Below, in pieces: positions 19,192-26,374 of a DNA stretch of 64,000 bases. The stretch lies in NCBI GenBank assembly GCA_037132275.1, contig JBAXPK010000005.1, positions 3,122 through 67,121 on the forward strand, in the 5' to 3' direction. Made by a program: the position numbers and the translations under genes. This DNA comes from a bacterium. Its GTDB lineage: Bacteria; Verrucomicrobiota; Kiritimatiellia; CAIKKV01; CAITUY01. How positions within the stretch are numbered: position 1 is the stretch's first letter; each line of letters begins with the position of its first letter. The notes beneath the pieces are model-generated. The model made no database searches. It was not told the DNA's origin and saw nothing but the letters and a program-made list of their open reading frames with translations.

Positions 19192-20620
19192 CATAGTTGA
19201 TGTCATCCGTCGGGAGACGGGGGCGGTTCATGGAAACGTGGCGATCGTGGATGGTGCGATCGAGCTTTCCTATGGGCGGCTTCTGGATGCTGTAGACGGG
19301 GTTGTGGCGGCTTTGAAGCAGCAGGGTGTCCAGCCCCTGGATCGTGTCGCTTTCCTGTGTGAGGACTGCGCCGATTATATCATCGGCAGCCTCGCCATTC
19401 TCCAGTTGGGCGCCGTGGTGGTTCCGGTGTCGCCTTCCCTGATGGGGGACGAATTGGCGGAGTTGCTCGAACGCATGGATGTGACGGCTGTGCTGAGCGA
19501 CGCGTCGGTCGATCAAGAAAAGGGCGGTATTCTGTTGACCGGTTGCGGCTTTATGGCCCGTGAGTTTGTGATGCATGGTCGTGTGGCCCGGAACGATTTT
19601 CCGGAAGACTATAAAAGCCTGAATCCGGCCTTTATCCGCTTCTCTTCCGGGACCACCGGCTCAAGCAAAGGGGTGTTGCTGTCGCATGAAACGATCCTGG
19701 CTCGCACGGAAGCCGCTGACCAGGGACTTCGGATTACCAGCGTCGATACCGTGATCTGGGTGCTCTCGATGAGTTTTCATTTTGTCGTCACTATTCTACT
19801 CTACCTGCGCCGGGGGGCGACGGTGGTGATTTGCCGCCAACCCTTTCCTGAATCATTTCTTGAGGCGGCCAAGGGACGGAAGGGGACCGTATTTTATGCC
19901 GCTCCTTTCCACTACCATGTTCTTGCCACATCGCCGTTGGTGTCGGCAGATTGTCTCAATGGGGTCCGGTTGGCGGTCTCGACGGCGATGAAACTGTCGC
20001 GCGAGACGGCGGTGGCGTTCAAGACAAAGTTCGGGTTTGATCTGGCCGAGGCCTATGGGATCATTGAGCTCGGATTGCCCTTTATCAATACGGAGGACCG
20101 CCCGAAGAAGCCGGGTTGTGTCGGGCATCTCCAGCGGGGCTATGAGGTCAGGATTGAGTCGCCTGGCACAGATGGCGCGGGGGTGATTTTGATCCGTGGG
20201 CCGGGGCTGTTTGATGCCTATGTATCGCCTTGGAAAAGCCGTCGGGATGCGGTGCAGGACGGCTGGTTCAATACCGGGGATGTGGGGCGGCTGGATGCCG
20301 ATGGCGATTTGACCCTCCTTGGACGTGAGAAAAACGTCATCAACTTTGTTGGCATGAAAATATTCCCTTATGAAGTTGAGGATGTGCTGGCCTCCCATCC
20401 GGCGATTCAGGAATGCCGGGTGTACGGCGAGGCTCATCCGCTTTTTGGGCAGATGCCGTGTGTGGATGTGGTGGTGAAACCAGGCTTGGCGGCGCCCGGC
20501 GCGACGGATCTGCGGCGATATTGTTATCAGCGGCTGGCCGCGCATAAAGTTCCCAAGGAATTCCGGTTTGTCGGGCATCTGGCTCGAACAGTGAGCGGCA
20601 AAATCAAGAGGGCCGGGTGA
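19136..20620 (+). CDS. AMP-binding (adenylate-forming) enzyme, fatty-acyl-AMP/CoA ligase-like
   Basis: AMP-binding motif I 'FSSGTTGSSKGVLLSHE'. The C-terminal 'GWFNTGD' and 'GREKNVINFVGMKIFPYEVE' fit the ANL superfamily. The track start at 19136 overlaps the upstream gene by 56 nt. An in-frame GTG at 19238 (after the upstream stop at 19189-19191) is a more likely start. Confidence 0.75.
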   Translation: MKRPAGKRLCKVVAVNRVNIVDVIRRETGAVHGNVAIVDGAIELSYGRLLDAVDGVVAALKQQGVQPLDRVAFLCEDCADYIIGSLAILQLGAVVVPVSPSLMGDELAELLERMDVTAVLSDASVDQEKGGILLTGCGFMAREFVMHGRVARNDFPEDYKSLNPAFIRFSSGTTGSSKGVLLSHETILARTEAADQGLRITSVDTVIWVLSMSFHFVVTILLYLRRGATVVICRQPFPESFLEAAKGRKGTVFYAAPFHYHVLATSPLVSADCLNGVRLAVSTAMKLSRETAVAFKTKFGFDLAEAYGIIELGLPFINTEDRPKKPGCVGHLQRGYEVRIESPGTDGAGVILIRGPGLFDAYVSPWKSRRDAVQDGWFNTGDVGRLDADGDLTLLGREKNVINFVGMKIFPYEVEDVLASHPAIQECRVYGEAHPLFGQMPCVDVVVKPGLAAPGATDLRRYCYQRLAAHKVPKEFRFVGHLARTVSGKIKRAG

Positions 20621-21342
20621 ACATGAAGCCGACGCTCACACAAGACGAGGAGCAGGTCACCGCGCATGAATACGACCAATGGCTTGCCCGGGATTCGCTG
20701 AGCGCGCGATGGGTCAGATTCTGGTTTTCACCCAAGCGGACGCTCTGGCTAAACACACAAATCCCCAAACTTCCTGCCGCCATTTCACTCAAACCCGGGG
20801 ATTCCATACTGGATATTGGTTGTGGATATGGGGGATTGCTGATCTATCTGCATCGGCGGCTCGCGGCGACCGCAGGCAGGCTTCAGTTAGAGGGGGTGGA
20901 TAGTTCCCCGTTGATGGTCCAGCGAGCCAGAGACGAGATTCAGCAGCGTGGACTGGAGTCCGCCATTCGTATCGAGCAGGGAGTCGCAACGCAACTGCCT
21001 TATGAAGACCATTCCTTTGACGTTATTTTATGTGCCTATGTGATCAAGCACCTGTCTGATGAGTCACTCCGGCACATGCTACGGGAGGTAAAGCGGGTTC
21101 TGAAGCCCGGGGGCAGGTTCTGCCTTTGGGAGGCGACGCCCTCCCGATTCGGGTTCATGAATGTGTGGAATCTGATGCTGTTACGAATCGGGATTTCAGT
21201 GATTCATTTGCGCTCCGCTGAGGACGTCGGTAGAATTCTGGAAGAAGAGGGCTGGGTGATTCAGCAACCCTTTGGCCACGGCCTGTATTATTTCTATCCG
21301 CCGCTCCCCCGCGCGGGGTTCATTGTGAGACGTAAGGCGTGA
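20617..21342 (+). CDS. class I SAM-dependent methyltransferase (241 aa)
   Basis: Motif I 'ILDIGCGYGGL', post-I acidic 'LEGVDSS' and motif 'LKPGGRF'. The start overlaps the ligase stop (ATGA). Confidence 0.7.
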   Translation: MNMKPTLTQDEEQVTAHEYDQWLARDSLSARWVRFWFSPKRTLWLNTQIPKLPAAISLKPGDSILDIGCGYGGLLIYLHRRLAATAGRLQLEGVDSSPLMVQRARDEIQQRGLESAIRIEQGVATQLPYEDHSFDVILCAYVIKHLSDESLRHMLREVKRVLKPGGRFCLWEATPSRFGFMNVWNLMLLRIGISVIHLRSAEDVGRILEEEGWVIQQPFGHGLYYFYPPLPRAGFIVRRKA

Positions 21343-21436
21343 GACGCAAGAGGTGAGACGTAAGACGTAAGACATTTCGAATTTCACGTTTCACATCTTG
21401 CGTCTCACGTCTTACCTCTCACGTCTCACCTCTTAC
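21325..21436. repeat. ~110-bp imperfect palindrome built from heptanucleotide units: 7 forward units (GTGAGAC/GTAAGGC/GTGAGAC/GCAAGAG/GTGAGAC/GTAAGAC/GTAAGAC), a 28-nt spacer, then 5 reverse-complement units (GTCTCAC/GTCTTAC/CTCTCAC/GTCTCAC/CTCTTAC). Likely a bidirectional terminator or REP-like element.
   Basis: Read directly. The stop codons of both convergent genes (methyltransferase TGA 21340-21342; XRE regulator stop at 21426-21428) lie inside the repeat arms. The last residues of both proteins (..VRRKA, ..GKRKR) are encoded by the repeat units. Confidence 0.8.
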
Positions 21437-21782
21437 GCTTTCCTCCCCATCCGGTGGGGCCGTCGGCGGCTTTGAGTGCCCCGTACTGATTTTGGCTGTG
21501 TGAGGACAGGTTGGTTACGACCAAATCCAGACCCTTGGAGGGATCCAGGCCGAGGGCGAAACAAAGGCTCACGAAATCGATAACCTCAAGGCGGCGTTCA
21601 CCATTTTCGGTTTTGGCGACCCAGGTATGCGATACGCGCAAACGGGCCGCTACGGTGCGCATGGAAAGATGTCTGGCAAGGCGATTGGTTCGTAGCCAGT
21701 TCCGCAGGGAATCCCTCGCCTCGCTCTGGAGTGTTTTATCCATGACTTGAAGACAATACCGCACCAAGCGCCTATTCTCCAA
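21426..21782 (-). CDS. XRE-family helix-turn-helix transcriptional regulator (118 aa)
   Basis: HTH_3-like segment 'LRNWLRTNRLARHLSMRTVAARLRVSHTWVAKTENGER'. Confidence 0.6.
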   Translation of the reverse strand: MENRRLVRYCLQVMDKTLQSEARDSLRNWLRTNRLARHLSMRTVAARLRVSHTWVAKTENGERRLEVIDFVSLCFALGLDPSKGLDLVVTNLSSHSQNQYGALKAADGPTGWGGKRKR

Positions 21783-21944
21783 AACGGGAACACTATGATT
21801 AAGTCATAACTGCATCGTGATAAGGATCATAAAAAAGTTATCATGATATTAAAGCGTTCCCAAAACAGGAACATCAATTAGAGCGCAGCGGCCCGTTAAT
21901 AAAGGATACTTGCTTAGTAAAGGCATCTTTGTCATGTTCCCGAT
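21783..21944. promoter_or_regulatory. AT-rich divergent promoter/operator region between the XRE regulator and the ABC transporter operon, with several short palindromes
   Basis: Markedly AT-rich in a GC-rich genome. Palindromes: 'GTTCCcaaaacaGGAAC' and flanking 'GGGAACA...TGTTCCC' copies; 'TGATAAGGATCA' and 'TTATCATGATA'. Confidence 0.4.
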
Positions 21945-23024
21945 ATGGTTGAAAACAGAACGAAAAGAGATGCCCAGTCCGGTCCGACGGCAATTGAGAT
22001 CCGTAATGTGAGCAAGCGGTTTGGCGCGGTAGCCGCGCTCGATGAAGTGTCGTTTGCGGTGCAGCCGGGCGAAATGTTTTTTCTCATCGGGCCGTCAGGC
22101 TGCGGGAAAACCACGCTGCTTCGTATTCTGGCCGGCTTGGAGACGCCGGATTCCGGGACGGTTTTTTTTAATGGCCGGGATGTGGCCTCGCTTCCGGCGC
22201 ATGAGCGCGGGGCGCCGATGGTGTTTCAGAATTATGCCCTTTGGCCACACCTGAATGTCCGCGACAACGTGGCCTTTGGGTTGGTGGAGCGACATGTTTC
22301 CAAAAGCGAGGTTTCGACCAGAGTTGAGGATGTTCTGAAGCGAGTGGGACTTGAGGGGATGGGAACACGCCTGCCAGGGCAACTCTCCGGAGGACAGCAG
22401 CAGCGGGTGGTTTTGGCGCGTGCCCTGGTTCTGAATCCCTCCGTGATCCTGCTTGATGAACCGCTCTCCAACCTCGACGCCAAATTGCGCGTCGAGATGC
22501 GGCAGGAGATTGAAAAACTCCGGCGCGATACCGGCATCACGTTTGTCTATGTGACCCATGACCAGACGGATGCGCTGGCCCTGGCTGACCGGATGGCGGT
22601 GATGGTGGCGGGAAAGGTGTCCGCCATCGGAACCCCGCTTGACCTTTATGCCCGCCCGCCGAATCTTTTTTGCGCTGATTTTCTGGGAGAGGCGAATTTT
22701 ATCGAGGGTCTGGCGAATGAGGGGACGGTTCAGACGAAGCTGGGCACGTGGAGGGTGGGAGAGTACTCCTTGTCTGGTTCGGTTGTCTGTCTGGTGCGGC
22801 CGGAGAATATCCAAGGCGTGGAGGGGGATGGTTCCGGGATGAATGTATTTGAGGCGGACGTGACCGGGGTGCGGATCAATGGCGCCACGGTGACGGTATC
22901 GTTGGCAGTGGCCGGGCAGGCCCTGAAGGCGACCCTCCTGACGCAGCGTAGTCTGGGGATCAGGTCGGGAGATCGCCGCATGTGGGGGATTGCGCCGGAG
23001 AATGTGGTGCTGTTGCATCCATGA
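21945..23024 (+). CDS. ABC transporter ATP-binding protein (PotA/FbpC/MalK-type importer ATPase with a C-terminal TOBE-like domain)
   Basis: Walker A 'GPSGCGKTT', signature 'LSGGQQQRVVLARAL', Walker B 'ILLDEPLSNLD', H-loop 'YVTHDQ'. Confidence 0.85.
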   Translation: MVENRTKRDAQSGPTAIEIRNVSKRFGAVAALDEVSFAVQPGEMFFLIGPSGCGKTTLLRILAGLETPDSGTVFFNGRDVASLPAHERGAPMVFQNYALWPHLNVRDNVAFGLVERHVSKSEVSTRVEDVLKRVGLEGMGTRLPGQLSGGQQQRVVLARALVLNPSVILLDEPLSNLDAKLRVEMRQEIEKLRRDTGITFVYVTHDQTDALALADRMAVMVAGKVSAIGTPLDLYARPPNLFCADFLGEANFIEGLANEGTVQTKLGTWRVGEYSLSGSVVCLVRPENIQGVEGDGSGMNVFEADVTGVRINGATVTVSLAVAGQALKATLLTQRSLGIRSGDRRMWGIAPENVVLLHP

Positions 23025-24715
23025 AAGCTCGCTTCGGAACATCCGTCATCGTCGCGCTCATTGTGGCCACGCTGGGAGTTTTTCTGGTTTGGCCGATGGC
23101 TCATGTATTCTCCCGGTCGTTTTGGGATCCGCAGGGCTTTACTCTGGTCTATGTTGCCGGACTTTTCACCCATGCCGTTCACCTGGAGTCGGCCTTCACG
23201 AGTTTTATCATCGCCACCAGTGTCACGGCCTGTTGTGTATTGGTCTCCCTGCCGATGGCCTGGCTGTTTGCCCGCCGGTCGTTCCCCGGCAAGGCGGTCT
23301 GGTCGGGGCTGCTTCTGCTTCCCATGATCCTTCCGCCCTTTGTAAGCGCGGTCGGTATGAAAATCATCTTTTCGCGTGCCGGGGCCTTGAGCACCCTCTT
23401 GATGAACCTTGGGCTGGTGGACGGGCCGGTGGACTGGCTGGGGCATTTTCCCCTGTTCGGGATTGTGCTGCTTGAGACGCTGCATCTCTTTCCGATTCTT
23501 TTCCTGAATCTGGTGGCCTCGCTGGCAAATATTGATCCCTCGCTTGAAGAGGCGGCCATGAATCTCGGGGCTTCCCCGGCGCGTGTCTTTCGTCGCGTTA
23601 CGTTACCGCTGGCGATGCCCGGATTGTTTGCGGGAATGACGCTGGTGTTCATCTGGTCTTTCACGGAACTGGGGACGCCCCTGGTTTTCGGGTTGCGACG
23701 GGTGTTACCGGTGGCGATCTACGACAGCGTGGCCGAGATCGGCACCAATCCCTCGGGTTATGCGATGGTCACGTTCGTTTTGGTGATTTCGGCCATCGGG
23801 TTCTGGATCAGTAAACGCCTGTTGTCCCGCCAGCGATCGGTCGCCACGCTGGGCCGGTTAAGCCAGGCCCGCCGGGAAATTCCCTTATCGTTCCGCGGTT
23901 CCCTCCTGGTCTATCTGTTGGTGGGCGGGGTATTGTTTGCGGCCATTCTTCCCCAGCTTAGCGTGGTGCTGTTATCGGTCAGTCACCGTTGGTTTCTTAC
24001 GGTTTTACCCCAGGGCTTCACGGTGGAGTTCTTTGGCCGGGCGCTCAATTCCGAACTCACCCGGACGGCGTTGGTGAACAGCCTCTCATTTTCCTTGTGT
24101 GCGACCGTCCTGGATCTTCTGCTCGGCTTTGGCATTGCGTGGCTGTGCGTCCGGAAGCGGATCTGGGGAAGCGACTGGCTGGATGCGCTGGCGATGCTGC
24201 CGTTGGCGGTGCCGGGGCTGGTGATTGCGTTTGGCTACATGGGGTGTTTTTCAGGGACGTTTCCGAATACCCTGCTCGACCCGCGCATGAATCCGATGAT
24301 TCTGCTGTCGGTCAGTTATGCCATACGCCGGCTGCCCTACATGGTGCGTGCGGCGCATGCCGGGCTGGAGCAGGTCAGTTCCACCTACGAGGAAGCCGCG
24401 GCCAATCTTGGGGCCACACCGTTCCGGGTGGTCTGGCGCGTCACGCTTCCTTTGATTTCAGCCAACTTGCTGGCGGGCGCCATCCTGTGTTTCTCCTTTT
24501 CCATGCTGGAGGTGTCGGACAGTCTTATCCTGGCACAATCCGAAAACTTCTATCCCATCACCAAAGCCATTTATGTGCTTCTGGAGAGTCTGGAAAACGG
24601 GTTGAATGTGGCCTCGGCACTCGGGGTGTGGGCCATGGCGCTGTTAGGCGCGGGTATCCTGCTCGCCGCCGCCCTAATGGGAAAGCGACTGGGGCAGATG
24701 TTCCGGGCCGGGTAA
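23021..24715 (+). CDS. ABC transporter permease with two fused transmembrane domains (FbpB/ThiP-like iron(III)/thiamine-type importer permease)
   Basis: About 565 aa with duplicated BPD-transporter EAA-like loops ('EEAAMNLGASPARVFRRVTLP' and 'EEAAANLGATPFRVVWRVTLP'). The ATG overlaps the ATPase stop (ATGA at 23021-23024). Confidence 0.75.
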   Translation: MKARFGTSVIVALIVATLGVFLVWPMAHVFSRSFWDPQGFTLVYVAGLFTHAVHLESAFTSFIIATSVTACCVLVSLPMAWLFARRSFPGKAVWSGLLLLPMILPPFVSAVGMKIIFSRAGALSTLLMNLGLVDGPVDWLGHFPLFGIVLLETLHLFPILFLNLVASLANIDPSLEEAAMNLGASPARVFRRVTLPLAMPGLFAGMTLVFIWSFTELGTPLVFGLRRVLPVAIYDSVAEIGTNPSGYAMVTFVLVISAIGFWISKRLLSRQRSVATLGRLSQARREIPLSFRGSLLVYLLVGGVLFAAILPQLSVVLLSVSHRWFLTVLPQGFTVEFFGRALNSELTRTALVNSLSFSLCATVLDLLLGFGIAWLCVRKRIWGSDWLDALAMLPLAVPGLVIAFGYMGCFSGTFPNTLLDPRMNPMILLSVSYAIRRLPYMVRAAHAGLEQVSSTYEEAAANLGATPFRVVWRVTLPLISANLLAGAILCFSFSMLEVSDSLILAQSENFYPITKAIYVLLESLENGLNVASALGVWAMALLGAGILLAAALMGKRLGQMFRAG

Positions 24716-24803
24716 ATTCCGCCTGAGCGTCCCTTGTGACTAATCGCTCGACATAAGGCGGTGTTTAATGAGAATAAGAGACATTTAGGAGGATGCAAGA
24801 ATC

Positions 24804-25370
24804 ATGGCGTTACAGGTTATTTCCCAGGCGATTCCCGAGGTCAAATTGATCATTCCGGATGTGTTCGGCGATTCCCGGGGGTTCTTCCAGGAAACCTTTC
24901 ATAGGGAGAAATACAGTGCCGCCGGTATTGCCGTGCCATTTGTCCAGGATAACTGGTCCCGCTCCATAAAAGGAACCCTGCGCGGGCTCCATTACCAGCT
25001 CGACAATCCGCAGGATAAACTGGTCTGGGTGGTTCGCGGTGAAATTTATGATGTCGCCGTGGACATTCGGCGTGACTCGCCCACCTTCGGAAAATGGGTG
25101 GGCGCCGTATTGTCCGAAACCAATCACCACCGCTTTTTTATTCCCGTCGGCTTCGCGCACGGGTTCTGTGTGTTGAGTGATGGGGCCGATTTCATGTATA
25201 AGTGCAGCAACTATTATTCCCCCAAGGATGAGAAGGGAATACTATGGTCCGATCCGGCCCTGGCCATTCCCTGGCCGATCGAGAGCCCGATCCTCTCGAA
25301 ACGGGACATCGGCCTGCTCCCTCTTAAGGATATGAGGCCGGAAGATCTTCCCGTCTATCCGACGTCATGA
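24804..25370 (+). CDS. rfbC: dTDP-4-dehydrorhamnose 3,5-epimerase
   Basis: 'RGFFQETF', 'LRGLHYQ' and 'KLVWVVRGEIYDVAVDIR' are RmlC cupin hallmarks. No rfbA/B/D nearby. Confidence 0.8.
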   Translation: MALQVISQAIPEVKLIIPDVFGDSRGFFQETFHREKYSAAGIAVPFVQDNWSRSIKGTLRGLHYQLDNPQDKLVWVVRGEIYDVAVDIRRDSPTFGKWVGAVLSETNHHRFFIPVGFAHGFCVLSDGADFMYKCSNYYSPKDEKGILWSDPALAIPWPIESPILSKRDIGLLPLKDMRPEDLPVYPTS

Positions 25371-26332
25371 ACTATTATCCTACAGCGTCCCTTTCTCCCG
25401 AGGCCCGAAAGCGGCTGGAGGAGCGGGTGGGGAGGGCGCTTCTGGCACATCGGCTTCACATGGAAGCCCATTGGGTATCCCGGGCGAGGAGAGTCGGGGT
25501 AACCACTTTCCATATCGGGGGCTTGCTGTGGTACCACTGGTTCATGAGGGTGGGATTCAAGATGCTGGGACTGTATGGGTGGGGTCAACACAATACGCTT
25601 AAGATAAGGGTGCGGCTTAACCGGCTTCCCCTTCATGGACTACCCCCTGAATTTGAAGGCTTCACGATTCTTCAACTATCCGATCTGCATCTCGATGCGA
25701 ATCCCAAATTGGTGGACGCCGTGGTGGCGGCCATCCAGCCGCTGGCGTACGACATCGCGGTCATTACCGGCGATTTCCGGGTCAGCACGTTTGGCGGAAC
25801 CGATCCCGTCCTGGCCGCCCTCGCGCGGCTTCGCCCGGCGATTAAAGGCGACGTGTATGCCGTCATGGGTAACCATGATTTTATTGAGATGTTGCTCCCG
25901 GTGGAGGCCCTGTCCATCCGATTCCTGATGAATGAGCATGTGATGCTGCGGCGCGGGAACGGGTCGCTTTGCCTCGCCGGCGTGGATGATCCCCATTACT
26001 ATGAGACTGACAACATTCAGGCGGCCGCGGCGCACTTGAACCATGATGTGCCGTCGATTCTGTTGTCCCACTCTCCTGAGATATACAAGAAGGCGGCGGC
26101 ATGCGGGTTTGATGCCCTGCTGTGCGGTCACACGCATGGCGGCCAGATTTGTCTGCCCGTCGGCATTCCCGTTTTGCAGAATTCCCGGGCCCCGTGGCGA
26201 ATGGCGCAAGGCGCCTGGGACTACCAGGGGATGCGGGGCTACACCTCTTCAGGGACCGGCAGTTCAGGCGTGGATGTCCGCTTCTGGTGCCCCCCGGAGA
26301 TCACGCTGCATACGCTGACGGCAAACAGGTAG
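25367..26332 (+). CDS. membrane-anchored calcineurin-like metallophosphoesterase (YkuE-like)
   Basis: N-terminal hydrophobic segment 'VTTFHIGGLLWYHWFMRVGFKMLGLYGW'. MPE motifs 'QLSDLHLD', 'ITGDFRV', 'VMGNHDF' and 'LCGHTHGG'. The start overlaps the rfbC stop (ATGA). Confidence 0.65.
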   Translation: MNYYPTASLSPEARKRLEERVGRALLAHRLHMEAHWVSRARRVGVTTFHIGGLLWYHWFMRVGFKMLGLYGWGQHNTLKIRVRLNRLPLHGLPPEFEGFTILQLSDLHLDANPKLVDAVVAAIQPLAYDIAVITGDFRVSTFGGTDPVLAALARLRPAIKGDVYAVMGNHDFIEMLLPVEALSIRFLMNEHVMLRRGNGSLCLAGVDDPHYYETDNIQAAAAHLNHDVPSILLSHSPEIYKKAAACGFDALLCGHTHGGQICLPVGIPVLQNSRAPWRMAQGAWDYQGMRGYTSSGTGSSGVDVRFWCPPEITLHTLTANR

Positions 26333-26374
26333 GGCGCTCGCGGCGGCCAGCGGCGTGGCCGCCCTACCCTCCTA
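26330..26374. terminator. GC-rich hairpin between convergent genes (stem GGCGGCCA / loop gcggcg / TGGCCGCC, extended by TAGGGC...GCCCTA); bidirectional terminator candidate
   Basis: Read directly: 'tagggcgctcgcggcggccagcggcgtggccgccctaccctccta'. Both convergent stop codons flank or lie in the stem. Confidence 0.5.

Noticed and set aside
19136-19237. 5' extension of the AMP-ligase ORF overlapping the FAD oxidoreductase by 56 nt
   Set aside because: The ligase probably starts at the in-frame GTG at 19238 just after the upstream stop. The track start is only the first ATG of the open frame.
21343-21425. Possible CRISPR-like or IS terminal-repeat interpretation of the GTGAGAC arrays
   Set aside because: Units are 7 nt with no spacers, and there are no cas genes or transposase nearby. 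They are far too short and regular for CRISPR or IS inverted repeats, so I treated them as a tandem-heptamer intergenic repeat family.
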